A stretch of DNA of 19,110 nucleotides. Origin: Elusimicrobiota bacterium (GTDB taxonomy: Bacteria > Elusimicrobiota > Elusimicrobia > UBA1565). Made by a program: the position numbers and the translations under genes. Positions 7,648-17,868 of the stretch are shown here, piece by piece (position 1 is the first letter of the stretch; each line of letters begins with the position of its first letter). Location: the NCBI GenBank assembly GCA_043819795.1, contig JBDREN010000042.1:1-19110 (forward strand), read 5' to 3'. The notes beneath the pieces are model-generated. The model made no database searches. It was not told the origin of the DNA and saw only the letters and a program-made list of their open reading frames with translations.

Positions 7648-9810
7648 GTGAGCAAGGATCTTGGCCGGCGCTCATCCATCACCCGCTTCATCGCCCGCGG
7701 CTTGGCCGCGGCCCTGATCCTCGTCGCCCCCGGGCCCGCGGCATACGCGACGATGGCGCGGGTCGTAACGCCGGTCAACGTCAACCCCGCCTTGTCGCCG
7801 GCCGCGGCGGGAGGCGTCGTCAACGGCCCCTTCATGAGACCCGGCGGCGAATCCTCCGCGAAGCGGATGTCCGCGTCTTTGGGCTCGATCCTTCCCTCCG
7901 CCTCTTTCCGCGCTCCGATCGTTTCGCGCGACGGCGCCTCCGCCGCCGTGCCCGCACGGATCGCGGACGACGTCAAGAACGTTCCGGCCGAAGCTCCCGC
8001 CCCGCGGAGCGAGGTCCGGACGCCCCTCGGATCGGAAGACGTCAGCGCTTCCCGGGCGCCCCCGCACGCGCCCTCCGCACGGACGTCCGTCATGGGCCGC
8101 CTCTCCTCGGCCGTTTCGGGGATACCGCGCCTTCTAGGGCTGAGCGGCTCCGCTCTCAAAGCCGACGCGGGCCGTCCCTTCGCGGAACAGGCCTCCCGCT
8201 CCGAACTGGCGGTCGCTCCCTCGGCCAACGGCGTCGGGCACGCGGCCGGCGTCCGGCACGCGACGACGCGGACCCCCGGAGCCCGGCTCGCGGCCCCGGT
8301 CTCGTCCTCGAACGGCCGGCTGAAGACGGCCGAAAGCGCCGCGGCGGATCTCCCCGCCCGCCAAGAGAAGGCCCCGGCACCGAAACAGAAGATCTCGCGA
8401 GCGCTCCGGGTGGGCGCTCTGACCGCGGTCCTCATGCTCGCCGCGGATATGGTCGTCATGGGGGCGGCCACGGTGGCGGGGTACCAGTTCCATCCGAGCT
8501 ACGAGATGCCGGCCCTGGCCGACCCGGCCGCGTTCGCGATGTTCGGGGACTTCCTGGCCCCGATCCTGGCCAAGGCGCAGGCGTTCTTCTCGGCCGCCTG
8601 GGTGGCGCCGCTCAATGAGGAGATCTACTTCAGGGCCGGCGTGATGGGGCTCGTGGGATTCGGGGCGCTCAGGTTCACGCGCGGCGCGGCGCGCCTGCTC
8701 GGCCGGATCTGGCCGAAGCTCTCGTCGCTGAAGTCCTGGGTCGTGCCCGCGGCTTTCGGGATCGCGGCGACCGAAGCGGCTTTGTTCTTCACCTTCCTTC
8801 ATGAGATGTCGGACCCGATCCTCATCACCATCCGCATCGTCCAGGCCCTCATCCTCTCGTATCTCTACGTGCGCGAAGGGCTGGTCTCCGGGATGGCGCA
8901 TCACGCCGTGTTCAACGGCCTGGCGATCCTGACTCTGCCGCTCGTCTACGGCGCCGGCATGGCCGTCCTGGCCCCGCAGTCCATAGCCCTCGGCATCGTG
9001 CTGGCCGTCGCGGCGTTCGCGCTCTGGAAAGCCACGCGCTCCACGGCCAGGAAGGAAGCCGCCGATATGCGCGCGGGCAGCCTGAAGCCGTACCGGCTCA
9101 GCGCGCGGGCCAGCACGCGGCTCGGCCGCGCGGGCTGGGCTACCGTCGCCGTTTTGGCCGGGCTCGCCTTCATCCAGCCCACCTCCGCCGGAACCCTGCT
9201 TTTGGGCGCTATGGCCGCGCAGGTCGCTCCCGCGGCCATGGGCCTTCAGGCGTACGGGTTCCTCATGAAGAACCTCGAGCGGCGCGAGGGCGCCGCGGCC
9301 GTCGACGCGATCCGCAACCCAAAAGACGCCTTCCCCATGGGCAACCGCGTAGGGGCCTGGACGGCGGGCGTGTTCGGGGCCGCGTATGTCGGCTGGATCG
9401 GCGCGCTCTACCTGCTGGCGGGGATCATGGCCGTCGTGCCCGGCTTGAGCCTGCCGCTCGGCATCGCGGCCGTCGTCGCGGTCTCTCTTCTGGCGTGGGC
9501 GGGGATATTCGCACGTCGTCTGAAGGCCGGCCGGCGCGGGATCCACCCCGGGCTCTACGTCGCGCAGTACGGATTCGGGGCCGCCGCATTGAGCGCGGCC
9601 GCGGCGCCCTGGGTGGTCCCCGCGCTGCGCAGGCTCGCCGAGTGGGCGGCGTCGACCGGGCTGAGTGCGGGCGCGGCCATGCCGGCCCTCTCCTCCTCGC
9701 TCTGGACGATCCCCCTGTTCATCGTCCTGGCCGCGGCGATGACGCTCATCGCGCGCGCCGTCATGCGGGGGCGCGCGCCATCCGCCGCTTCCACGCAGCG
9801 GCAACGCTGA
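7648..9810 (+). CDS. Large CPBP (CAAX/Abi) family protease with signal peptide, Ala/Pro/Ser-rich N-terminal region and many TM helices
   Basis: EEIYFRAG, FTFLHE and HHAVFN motifs. Confidence 0.82.
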   Translation: MSKDLGRRSSITRFIARGLAAALILVAPGPAAYATMARVVTPVNVNPALSPAAAGGVVNGPFMRPGGESSAKRMSASLGSILPSASFRAPIVSRDGASAAVPARIADDVKNVPAEAPAPRSEVRTPLGSEDVSASRAPPHAPSARTSVMGRLSSAVSGIPRLLGLSGSALKADAGRPFAEQASRSELAVAPSANGVGHAAGVRHATTRTPGARLAAPVSSSNGRLKTAESAAADLPARQEKAPAPKQKISRALRVGALTAVLMLAADMVVMGAATVAGYQFHPSYEMPALADPAAFAMFGDFLAPILAKAQAFFSAAWVAPLNEEIYFRAGVMGLVGFGALRFTRGAARLLGRIWPKLSSLKSWVVPAAFGIAATEAALFFTFLHEMSDPILITIRIVQALILSYLYVREGLVSGMAHHAVFNGLAILTLPLVYGAGMAVLAPQSIALGIVLAVAAFALWKATRSTARKEAADMRAGSLKPYRLSARASTRLGRAGWATVAVLAGLAFIQPTSAGTLLLGAMAAQVAPAAMGLQAYGFLMKNLERREGAAAVDAIRNPKDAFPMGNRVGAWTAGVFGAAYVGWIGALYLLAGIMAVVPGLSLPLGIAAVVAVSLLAWAGIFARRLKAGRRGIHPGLYVAQYGFGAAALSAAAAPWVVPALRRLAEWAASTGLSAGAAMPALSSSLWTIPLFIVLAAAMTLIARAVMRGRAPSAASTQRQR

Positions 9811-9853
9811 TCCGCAGTAACGGTGTCAGGCAATGACTTTCATGCATTTTACG

Positions 9854-9917
9854 GGGGAACCAAACGGCTTGTTGATTCGTACAGGATAGTATGGCGAGGA
9901 AGCGATCATGAGCGCGG
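9854..9917 (+). promoter_or_regulatory. Duplicated module, copy B: ECF-like promoter GGAACC-N16-CGTACA plus RBS and ATG
   Basis: 53/64 identical to 2234-2297; its ATG (9908) is in frame with recQ. Confidence 0.6.
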
Positions 9918-9970
9918 TCGATGCCCTCCTCCTGCCGGCCCGCCCAGTTGTGCTACACTGCCTGTACGAC

Positions 9971-11803
9971 ATGAAGGACGACCCGGGCAAGATACTGCGC
10001 TCTGTGTTCGGCTATTCGGCCTTCCTGGGCCGGCAGGAGGAGGTCATCAGCCGCGTCATGGGGGGCGGCTCGGCGCTTGTCCTCATGCCGACCGGCGGGG
10101 GCAAGTCGCTTTGCTATCAGATCCCGGCCATGCTGCGGCCCGGCGTGGGGGTGGTGGTCTCCCCCCTCATCGCGCTCATGCAGGACCAGGTCTCGGCGCT
10201 TCGCCAGTACGGGGTGCGCGCGGCGTTCTTGAACTCGTCTTTGTCCCCGGAAGAGACGCGGGGCATCGAGAGCGGGATGCCGCGCGGCGACTACGACCTG
10301 ATCTATGTGGCGCCCGAGCGCCTGCTCACGCCGGGGTTTCACTCGCTTCTCAAGAGCTCGCGGCTGGCTCTCTTCGCGGTGGACGAAGCGCACTGCATTT
10401 CCCAGTGGGGCCACGATTTCAGGCGGGAGTACCTTAAGCTCGGGGCCCTGCGCGAGAGCTTCCCGGACGTGCCTCTGATCGCGCTGACGGCCACGGCCGA
10501 CGAGCCGACGCGGAAGGACATCCTCGCGCGCCTGCGTCTTGACCCGGAGGACCTGTTCGTGAGCGGGTTCAACCGGCCCAACATACGCTATCGCGTGATC
10601 CCCAAGAACAACGAGCGCCGCCAGCTTTTGCGCTTTATTAAGGAGGAACACCCGGACGAGAGCGGCATCGTCTACTGCCTGTCGCGGCGCCGGGTGGACG
10701 AGACGGCCGCTTGGCTAAGGGAGCAGGGCGTTTCGTCGCTGGCCTATCACGCGGGCTTAGATAAGGATACGCGCCGGGAGCACCAGGAGCGCTTCCTGCG
10801 CGAGCCGGGGATCGTGATGACGGCGACCATCGCCTTCGGCCTGGGGATAGACAAGCCGGACGTGCGCTTCGTCGCCCATCTGGACGTGCCCAAGAGCATC
10901 GAGGCCTACTATCAGGAGACCGGGCGCTCGGGAAGAGACGGCCAACCCGCCGACGCGTGGATGACCTACGGCTACGGGGACGTGATCCTCCTGCGCAAGA
11001 TGATGGAGCGCTCCGAGGCCGATGAGAGCCACAAGCGCATCGAGCAGATGAAGCTCACGGCCTTGCTCGGCTACTGCGAGAGCGCGGGCTGCAGGCGGCG
11101 GATACTCCTGTCCTATTTCAGCGAGGCGTTCGAGGGGCCTTGCGGCAACTGCGACACCTGCCTGGAGCCCGTGGAGACCTGGGAGGGCACGGTGCAGGCG
11201 CAGAAAGCCCTGTCCTGCGTGGCGCGCACGGGCCAGATGTTCGGCGCGGGCTACCTGGCCGACGTGCTGACCGGCGCCGACGATAAGCGCATCGCCCGCT
11301 TCGGCCACGACCGGATCAAGACCTACGGCGTGGGCAAGGAGCTGGGGAAGCTCGAGTGGCTGTCGGTGTTCCGCCAGCTCGTGGCCGCGGGGCTTTTGCG
11401 CGTGGAGGTGGAGCACGGGTCCCTTCGCCTGGCGGACGCGGCCCAGCCGGTGCTCAAGGGGGAGCGGTCCGTATCCTTCCGCAAAGACCCCAGCCCCCAG
11501 CGCAAGAAGCGCAAGAAAAAGACCAAGAAGCGGGCGTACGGGCTCACCGACCCGGCGCAGGAAGCGCTCTTCGAGGCCCTGCGCGAAAAGCGGTCCGAGC
11601 TGGCCCGCAGCCAGGGCGTTCCCCCCTATGTCGTGTTCCACGACGCGACGCTCCTGGAGATGGCCGCCACGCGGCCGAGGACGTTCAGCGCCTTGTCGCT
11701 CGTGACCGGCGTGGGCGAGAAGAAGCTCGAGCGCTACGGCGAGATCTTCCTGGAGATCATCACCCGGGAGCGCGAGCGCGAGGGCCTCGATCCCGCTGAT
11801 TGA
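9971..11803 (+). CDS. recQ: ATP-dependent DNA helicase RecQ
   Basis: [39 protein letters not shown], Zn site CRR...CGNCDTC, RQC and HRDC ([11 protein letters not shown]); alternative start 9908. Confidence 0.96.
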   Translation: MKDDPGKILRSVFGYSAFLGRQEEVISRVMGGGSALVLMPTGGGKSLCYQIPAMLRPGVGVVVSPLIALMQDQVSALRQYGVRAAFLNSSLSPEETRGIESGMPRGDYDLIYVAPERLLTPGFHSLLKSSRLALFAVDEAHCISQWGHDFRREYLKLGALRESFPDVPLIALTATADEPTRKDILARLRLDPEDLFVSGFNRPNIRYRVIPKNNERRQLLRFIKEEHPDESGIVYCLSRRRVDETAAWLREQGVSSLAYHAGLDKDTRREHQERFLREPGIVMTATIAFGLGIDKPDVRFVAHLDVPKSIEAYYQETGRSGRDGQPADAWMTYGYGDVILLRKMMERSEADESHKRIEQMKLTALLGYCESAGCRRRILLSYFSEAFEGPCGNCDTCLEPVETWEGTVQAQKALSCVARTGQMFGAGYLADVLTGADDKRIARFGHDRIKTYGVGKELGKLEWLSVFRQLVAAGLLRVEVEHGSLRLADAAQPVLKGERSVSFRKDPSPQRKKRKKKTKKRAYGLTDPAQEALFEALREKRSELARSQGVPPYVVFHDATLLEMAATRPRTFSALSLVTGVGEKKLERYGEIFLEIITREREREGLDPAD

Positions 11804-11968
11804 GGCTTAAGCCGCGCGGCGGGTGATCAGGATTTCTCGATGCGGGACGACTGTCCGTGGGTCATATTCCACGGCGCCATGTATTGAAAGACGCGCCAGC
11901 TAAGCGGCCCGCGGGTCCTTCGCTCCCCGCGGCAATTGGCTATTATATCCGCGGAGCATGGCCGGCGC

Positions 11969-14104
11969 ATGACAAGAACGCATCCCCCCGCTGACCCGCG
12001 CGGCCTGCTGCGGAGGCATTTCGGGTTCCGGGAGTTCCTGGACGGGCAGGAGGAAGTCGTCTCGACCGTCCTCGCGGGGCGGGACTGCCTGGTCATCATG
12101 CCGACCGGGGGCGGGAAGTCGCTCTGCTATCAACTGCCGGCCCTTGCGCGCGAGGGGGTCTCCTTGGTCATATCCCCCTTGATCGCCTTGATGAAGGACC
12201 AGGTGGACGCCCTCGTTGCCAAGGGTATCCCCGCGACATTCATCAACTCCTCCTTGAGTCCCGCGCAGATGGATGAGCGGCTCGCGGGCATGGCGCGCCG
12301 GGAGTACCGGATCGTGTACGTCGCTCCGGAGCGCTTCAAGAGCCGGCGCTTCGTCTGGGCGCTGAGGGATGTCCCGATCTCCCTGTTCGCTTTGGACGAG
12401 GCGCACTGCCTCTCGCAGTGGGGGCACGACTTCCGTCCCGACTATCTCCGCCTCAAGGCGGCGCTGGCGGACCTGGGCCAGCCGCAGGTCGTCGCGCTCA
12501 CCGCCACGGCCACGCCCGAGGTCAGAAGCGATATCGTGGAGCAGCTCCGCTTGGGGGAGGATGGACGCCGCCCCGCGCGGATCTTTGTCACGGGCTTCTC
12601 CCGCCCCAATCTTTTTCTCGCGGTCACGCCGGTGCGCGGGAACGCCGAGAAGCTGGAGCGGATACTCGAATCGGTCCGGGCGGTCAAGACCGGCATCGTC
12701 TACTGCGCGACCCGCAAGAACGTCGAGCGCGTGGCCAAGGAGCTGGAAGCGCGGGGAGTCTCCTGCATCGCCTATCACGGGGCGATGGACGAGGCCCGCC
12801 GCAGCGAGGCCCAGACCATGTTCATGTCGGGTGAGCGCCCGATCGCGGTGGCGACCAACGCCTTCGGCATGGGCATTGACCGGGCCGACCTGCGCTTCGT
12901 GATCCACCATGACATCCCGGGCAGCGTAGAGGCTTACTACCAGGAGGCCGGGCGCGCCGGCCGAGACGGGGAGCCGGCCCGCTGCGAGCTGCTCTACAAC
13001 TACGCCGACGTGAAGACCCAGGAGTTCTTCATAGATGGCTCCAACCCCACGCGGGGGGTCGTCGCCGAGGTCTACGACGTGATCGCGCGCCTCTGCCGCC
13101 GAGGTCCCATTGAGATGCCGGTGACCCGCATCGCCGGAAAGGTCTCCGGGGCGAAGAACGACATGGCGGTGGGCACGGCCTTGCGTCTGCTCCAGCGCTC
13201 CGGGGCCATACAGAGGGAATACGCCCCGGGCAGCCGCACCTATACGACGAGCCTCATCGGACCGATCCGCTCCTTGGAGGATTTCGGCCTGGACTTCGAG
13301 CGCCTGGAGCTCAAGCGCGAGCACGACGATCAGAAGCTCAAGCGGATCATCGGCTACGCCCGCCACACCGGCTGCAGGCACGGCTCGATACTCAGCTATT
13401 TCAGTGAAGAGCCGGAGGGCGACACTTGCCCGGTCTGCGACAACTGCCAAGAGCGGGCTCGGGCCGCGGCCCGAGAGCCGACCGCGGACGAAAAGGTCCT
13501 GGTCAAAGCGGCTCTGGACTGCGTGGCCGGGCTCAACGGCCGGTTCGGAAGAGGGCGGATCGCGCGCATCCTCGCGGGCTCGCGCTCCAAGGACGTGCTC
13601 GATGAGGGGCACGACGCGCTCGCGGCCTATGGGGTCATGGCCGGTCGGGGGCTGGACACCGCCTGGGCCCTGCTCTCGGAGCTCATAGGGACCGGCTGCC
13701 TCGCGGTGGCGCCCGGCCAGTACCCGACCCTCTCGGTGACGAGCCTGGGCCGGGAGGTGCTCCGGTCCGAGAAGACCGTGGCCTTGGTCCTGCCCGCGCC
13801 CAAGGCCCGGAAGTCCAAGAAGACCAAAGCCCCCCGCCGGGAGCGCGGGAGCACGGCCCCGGCTCCGGGGGCTTCTGAAGACCGGGGGCTCTTCGACGCC
13901 CTGCGGCGATGGCGCACCGAGAAGGCCTCATCATTGGGCGTCCCGGGGTACATGGTCTTCCCGAACGCCGCTCTGTCCGATCTGGCTCGCCGCCGGCCGA
14001 GGAGCCGGGAGGACCTCCTGGAATGCAGCGGCGTCGGCCCGGCCAAGGCCCGCCGCTTCGGCAAGAAAGTCCTGGCCATCATCGCCGAGAACTCCACGGA
14101 CTAG
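11969..14104 (+). CDS. recQ: Second RecQ-family helicase with an inserted helical/wHTH-like segment before the Zn site
   Basis: [38 protein letters not shown]...CPVCDNC, RQC, HRDC. Confidence 0.93.
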   Translation: MTRTHPPADPRGLLRRHFGFREFLDGQEEVVSTVLAGRDCLVIMPTGGGKSLCYQLPALAREGVSLVISPLIALMKDQVDALVAKGIPATFINSSLSPAQMDERLAGMARREYRIVYVAPERFKSRRFVWALRDVPISLFALDEAHCLSQWGHDFRPDYLRLKAALADLGQPQVVALTATATPEVRSDIVEQLRLGEDGRRPARIFVTGFSRPNLFLAVTPVRGNAEKLERILESVRAVKTGIVYCATRKNVERVAKELEARGVSCIAYHGAMDEARRSEAQTMFMSGERPIAVATNAFGMGIDRADLRFVIHHDIPGSVEAYYQEAGRAGRDGEPARCELLYNYADVKTQEFFIDGSNPTRGVVAEVYDVIARLCRRGPIEMPVTRIAGKVSGAKNDMAVGTALRLLQRSGAIQREYAPGSRTYTTSLIGPIRSLEDFGLDFERLELKREHDDQKLKRIIGYARHTGCRHGSILSYFSEEPEGDTCPVCDNCQERARAAAREPTADEKVLVKAALDCVAGLNGRFGRGRIARILAGSRSKDVLDEGHDALAAYGVMAGRGLDTAWALLSELIGTGCLAVAPGQYPTLSVTSLGREVLRSEKTVALVLPAPKARKSKKTKAPRRERGSTAPAPGASEDRGLFDALRRWRTEKASSLGVPGYMVFPNAALSDLARRRPRSREDLLECSGVGPAKARRFGKKVLAIIAENSTD

Positions 14105-14114
14105 CCCGGACCGC

Positions 14115-14132
14115 GCCGAATGTGGATTCGGC
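14115..14132 (+). terminator. Hairpin after the second recQ
   Basis: GCCGAAT-gtgg-ATTCGGC 7-bp stem; no U-tract. Confidence 0.3.
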
Positions 14133-14299
14133 TGGAAATAGCCGCGGGATTCATTTCAAAATCCGAGCCTTGGCATGAGGAGGGCGCGCCACAGGCCGCG
14201 GCCCCAGTCCTGCCTCATCGGGATAGGATAGGTCCTGGAGCGCTCTATCTCAAGGCTCGGCGCCTTTATTTTCGAGCCCGCATAGCATAGAATGAGTCC

Positions 14300-14932
14300 A
14301 TGCTGATCGAGCTGAATGAAATCGAGGCGCGGATACTGGGCTCGCTAGTCGAGAAGTCGCTCACCACGCCGGAGCAGTATCCGCTGTCCTTCAACGCGCT
14401 CGTCAACGCGTGCAACCAGAAGTCGAGCCGGGACCCGGTGATGAGCCTGGACTCGAACGCCGTGGGAAGCGGCGTCAACATGCTCGTCGAACAGGGGTTC
14501 GCGGAGCGCCACGAAAGAGGCCGCGTGCCCAAGATCCTGCATCACATTGACAAGCTGATGGACGACGCCACCCCCCAGGCCGTGGCCGCGATCTGCGTCT
14601 TGCTGCTCAGGGGTCCGCAGACGCCCGGCGAGATCAAGACGCGCTCCGAGCGCCTGCACAAGTTCACCAGCCCCGCCGAGGTCGAGATCCTGCTGCGTGA
14701 CATGGCCTCGCGCGCGGACGGGCCATGGGTGGCCCGGCTTCCCCGCCAGCCCGGCCGCAAGGAGGCGCGCTACCAGCACCTCTTCTGCGGAGCTCCCGCC
14801 GATGCCGCGCCCGAGCCGGCGGCCGAGCGCCCCGCGGCCAAGCCGGACCTCCTGGCCCGCCTGGAGAAGCGGGTCGAAGCCCTAGAGGCCTTCCGCAAGA
14901 CCTTGGAAGGCCGCATCGATAAGCTCCCGTAA
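14300..14932 (+). CDS. yceH: YceH / UPF0502 (DUF480) family protein
   Basis: EARILGSLVEK..TTPEQYPLS.NALVNACNQKSSRDPVM, LLLRGPQTPGE...RSERL, PGRKEARY.HL, C-terminal coiled coil. Confidence 0.93.
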   Translation: MLIELNEIEARILGSLVEKSLTTPEQYPLSFNALVNACNQKSSRDPVMSLDSNAVGSGVNMLVEQGFAERHERGRVPKILHHIDKLMDDATPQAVAAICVLLLRGPQTPGEIKTRSERLHKFTSPAEVEILLRDMASRADGPWVARLPRQPGRKEARYQHLFCGAPADAAPEPAAERPAAKPDLLARLEKRVEALEAFRKTLEGRIDKLP

Positions 14933-15009
14933 ACCTGAAGGCGGCCCGCCCGTCGGCGTTGCCCTCGCGGCGCAATTGCTATCATAGGCGCGCGAGGAGC
15001 GGTCTTCTC

Positions 15010-16809
15010 TTGTCCATCCTGCTCAGCTGCCAAAATCTTTCCAAGAGCTTCGGCATCCGCCCGCTCTTCGAAGGCCTCACGTTCGGGCTGCATGAAGGCG
15101 AGCGCACGGGCCTGATCGGGCCCAACGGCGCGGGCAAGTCGACCTTGCTTAAGATCCTGGCCGGCCAGGAGACCCCCGACGACGGCGAGCTGACCGTGCG
15201 ACGCGGCTTGCGGGTGGGCTACCTGGCCCAGCAGGACCGCGTGCCGGAGTCCGGCTCGGGCTTGAGCGTTCGCGAGGAGCTGGTCCGGGCCTTGCGCGGG
15301 CCCGGCGTGCCGGACCACGACCTCGGCAGGCGCGCGGAGGTGGGGCTGGCCGAGTCGGGCTTTAAGGATCCGGATGAGCCCGCCGGCGGGATCTCCGGCG
15401 GGTGGCGCAAGCGCCTGGAGATCCTGGCCCAGGTCCTGCGCGAGCCGGACCTCCTGCTCTTGGATGAGCCCACCAACCATCTCGACATCGAGGGCGTGCT
15501 CTGGCTGGAGCGGCTCCTGTCGGGGCTGAAGTTCTCATTCTTGGTGGTCACCCACGACCGCCGTTTTCTCGAGCGCGTCGCCAACCGCGTCATGGAGCTG
15601 AGCCAGCGCCACGAGGGCGGGCACTTCAGCTGCCGGGGCAACTACAGCCGCTTTCTCGAGAAGCGCGAGGCCCTCTTCAGCGCCCAGAACGCGCGCACGG
15701 ACTCGGTGCGCAACGCCGTGCGCCGCGAGATCGAGTGGCTGCGCCGGGGGGCCAAGGCCCGCTCCACCAAGCAGCAGGCCCGCATCGAGAGGGCCGGCGA
15801 GCTCATGGACGAGCTGGGCGAGCTGGAGTACCGCGACGCGCAGGGCCGCGCCGTGGACATCGATTTTTCGGGCGGCGATCGCCGGACCAAGCGCCTGGCG
15901 CACGCCGTGAAGGTGGAGAAGAGCATGGGCGGCCGCAAGCTCTTCGGGCCGATGGACCTTCTGCTGCGGCCCGGCGACAAGCTGGGCCTGGTGGGCGAAA
16001 ACGGCAGCGGCAAGAGCACTTTGCTCAACGTGCTGGCGGGCCGGCTCGCGCCGGACGCGGGGACGCTCAGGCGGGCCGACGGGCTGCGGGTCGTGCTCTT
16101 CGACCAGCACCGCGAGCAGCTCGACCTCAAGCTCAGCCTGCGCAAAGCCCTCTGCGAATCCGGCGACTATGTGCATTACCGGGGACGGCCCATCCACGTG
16201 CGCGGCTGGGCCGAGCGGTTTCTCTTTCGCGACGAGCAGCTCGATATGCCGCTGAGCCGGCTCTCGGGCGGCGAGCAGTCGCGCGTGCTGATCGCCCGGC
16301 TGATGCTCCGGCCCGCGGACCTGCTGCTCCTGGACGAGCCCACCAACGACCTCGATATCCCCTCCCTGGAGGTGCTCGAGTCCAGCTTGCTGGAGTTCGC
16401 CGGGGCTTTGGTGCTCGTGACCCACGACCGCTACCTGCTCGACCGGGTCAGCCGACGGCTCCTGGCGCTCGACGGCAAGGGCGACGCCCGGTTTTTGGCA
16501 GGCCTCGCGCAGTGGGAGAGCTGGCGGGCGGAGCGGGAGGAGCCGGCCTCTTCCGCCGGGAAGAAAGATCCGCTCGCGGCGGAAGGCAAGCCGGGCCTCT
16601 CCAAGAAAGAATGGCGGGAGTGGAAGAACATGGAGTCCCGTATCCAGGCCGCGGAGGAAGAAGCGGCGCGGGCGGGACGGACCCTGGAGGACCCTTCCGT
16701 GGCCGCGAACGCCGACGAGCTCATGAAGCGCCAGCAGGCGCTGGACACCGCGCGACTGAAGGTCGAATCGCTGTATAAACGCTGGGAAGATCTAGAAGCC
16801 CGAAGGTAG
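15010..16809 (+). CDS. uup: ABC-F family ATPase, Uup-like
   Basis: Two ABC domains (GPNGAGKST, GENGSGKST, LLLLDEPTN); linker EIEWLRRGAKARSTKQQARI; C-terminal coiled coil ending RWEDLE; TTG 15010 follows GAGGAG. Confidence 0.88.
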   Translation: MSILLSCQNLSKSFGIRPLFEGLTFGLHEGERTGLIGPNGAGKSTLLKILAGQETPDDGELTVRRGLRVGYLAQQDRVPESGSGLSVREELVRALRGPGVPDHDLGRRAEVGLAESGFKDPDEPAGGISGGWRKRLEILAQVLREPDLLLLDEPTNHLDIEGVLWLERLLSGLKFSFLVVTHDRRFLERVANRVMELSQRHEGGHFSCRGNYSRFLEKREALFSAQNARTDSVRNAVRREIEWLRRGAKARSTKQQARIERAGELMDELGELEYRDAQGRAVDIDFSGGDRRTKRLAHAVKVEKSMGGRKLFGPMDLLLRPGDKLGLVGENGSGKSTLLNVLAGRLAPDAGTLRRADGLRVVLFDQHREQLDLKLSLRKALCESGDYVHYRGRPIHVRGWAERFLFRDEQLDMPLSRLSGGEQSRVLIARLMLRPADLLLLDEPTNDLDIPSLEVLESSLLEFAGALVLVTHDRYLLDRVSRRLLALDGKGDARFLAGLAQWESWRAEREEPASSAGKKDPLAAEGKPGLSKKEWREWKNMESRIQAAEEEAARAGRTLEDPSVAANADELMKRQQALDTARLKVESLYKRWEDLEARR

Positions 16810-16816
16810 CGGTGCC

Positions 16817-17833
16817 GTGCTTGACGACGCCCGTTGCGTGCTTTCCGCTTTTGTGGGGGCCGAACCGGAGGGGCTGGTATTCGTGGCGAACGCCACGGCG
16901 GGCCTCAACGCGGTGCTGCGCTCGGTGAAGCTCGCGCCGGGAGACGAGGTCCTGCTGATCGACCACTGCTACGAATCGGCCCGGTGGGCGGCCAGGATCT
17001 TCGCGGAGCGCGCCGGAGCCAAGGCGGTCTTCGCCCCCGTTCCCTTCCCCCCGGGAAGCGAGGACGCCGTGATGGAGGCCGTGCTGGCGGGCGTTTCCCC
17101 CAAGACCCGGCTGGCGGTGCTGGACCATGTGACCAGCCCCACCGCCTTGGTCCTGCCGATACGCCGGCTGGTTCGCGAGCTGGCGGCCAAGGGCGTGGAC
17201 ACCCTGGTCGACGGGGCGCACGCCCCGGGCATGCTGGAGCTGGATATCCGGCAGATCGGCGCCGCCTACTACACCGGCAACTGTCACAAGTGGATGTGCG
17301 CGCCCAAGGGCGCCGCCTTCCTGCATGTACGCGAGGACCGGCGCGAAGGGGTCCTTCCCACGTCGGTGAGCAAGGCGATCGGCTGGCTGATCCCGGGGCG
17401 CTCGCGCTTCCACAACCTCTTCGACTGGCAGGGCACCTTCGACCCCACGGCCTGGCTGTGCGTCCCTTTGGCCGTCTCTCTGATGGGCTCGCTACATGAG
17501 GGGGGCTGGCCGGAGCTCCGCCGACGCAACCACGAGCTGGCCGTGCGCGGCCGAGCCATCGTATGCCGCGCCCTGGGAGTCCCCGAGGCGCCGGATCCCG
17601 GCATGCTGGGATCCATGGCCGCGATCCCGCTCCCGGTGGTGCGGGCGGAGCTCCCCCCGCCAGAGGCCCACCACCACCCCCTGCAGGACGCGCTGCTCAG
17701 GAGCCATGGGATCGAGGTGCCCGTCATCTTGCTCCAGGACGGGCGGCTTCTTCTGAGGATCTCCGCGCAGGCCTACAACCGCGAGGAAGAGTACGTGCGC
17801 CTGGCCGAGGCGCTTCGGGAGATCCTCGCATAG
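16817..17833 (+). CDS. Class V PLP-dependent enzyme (isopenicillin N epimerase / cysteine desulfhydrase-like), apparently lacking its N-terminus
   Basis: FVANATAG, DHVTSPTA, VDGAH, GNCHKWMCAPKG (PLP lysine), RISAQAYN. Confidence 0.85.
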   Translation: MLDDARCVLSAFVGAEPEGLVFVANATAGLNAVLRSVKLAPGDEVLLIDHCYESARWAARIFAERAGAKAVFAPVPFPPGSEDAVMEAVLAGVSPKTRLAVLDHVTSPTALVLPIRRLVRELAAKGVDTLVDGAHAPGMLELDIRQIGAAYYTGNCHKWMCAPKGAAFLHVREDRREGVLPTSVSKAIGWLIPGRSRFHNLFDWQGTFDPTAWLCVPLAVSLMGSLHEGGWPELRRRNHELAVRGRAIVCRALGVPEAPDPGMLGSMAAIPLPVVRAELPPPEAHHHPLQDALLRSHGIEVPVILLQDGRLLLRISAQAYNREEEYVRLAEALREILA

Positions 17834-17868
17834 GACCGTCCGGCGGTTTTTGCCAGGATACGGCATCC

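Noticed and set aside
11836..11887. Gene remnant between the recQ genes (rhodanese GHIP/GA or HRDC-like PWVIFHGA)
   Set aside because: Too short, and two incompatible readings fit equally well.
8134..13612. Long antisense and alternative-frame ORFs (e.g. 8134-9804, 11900-13612)
   Set aside because: Shadow ORFs expected from high-GC codon bias opposite well-supported genes.
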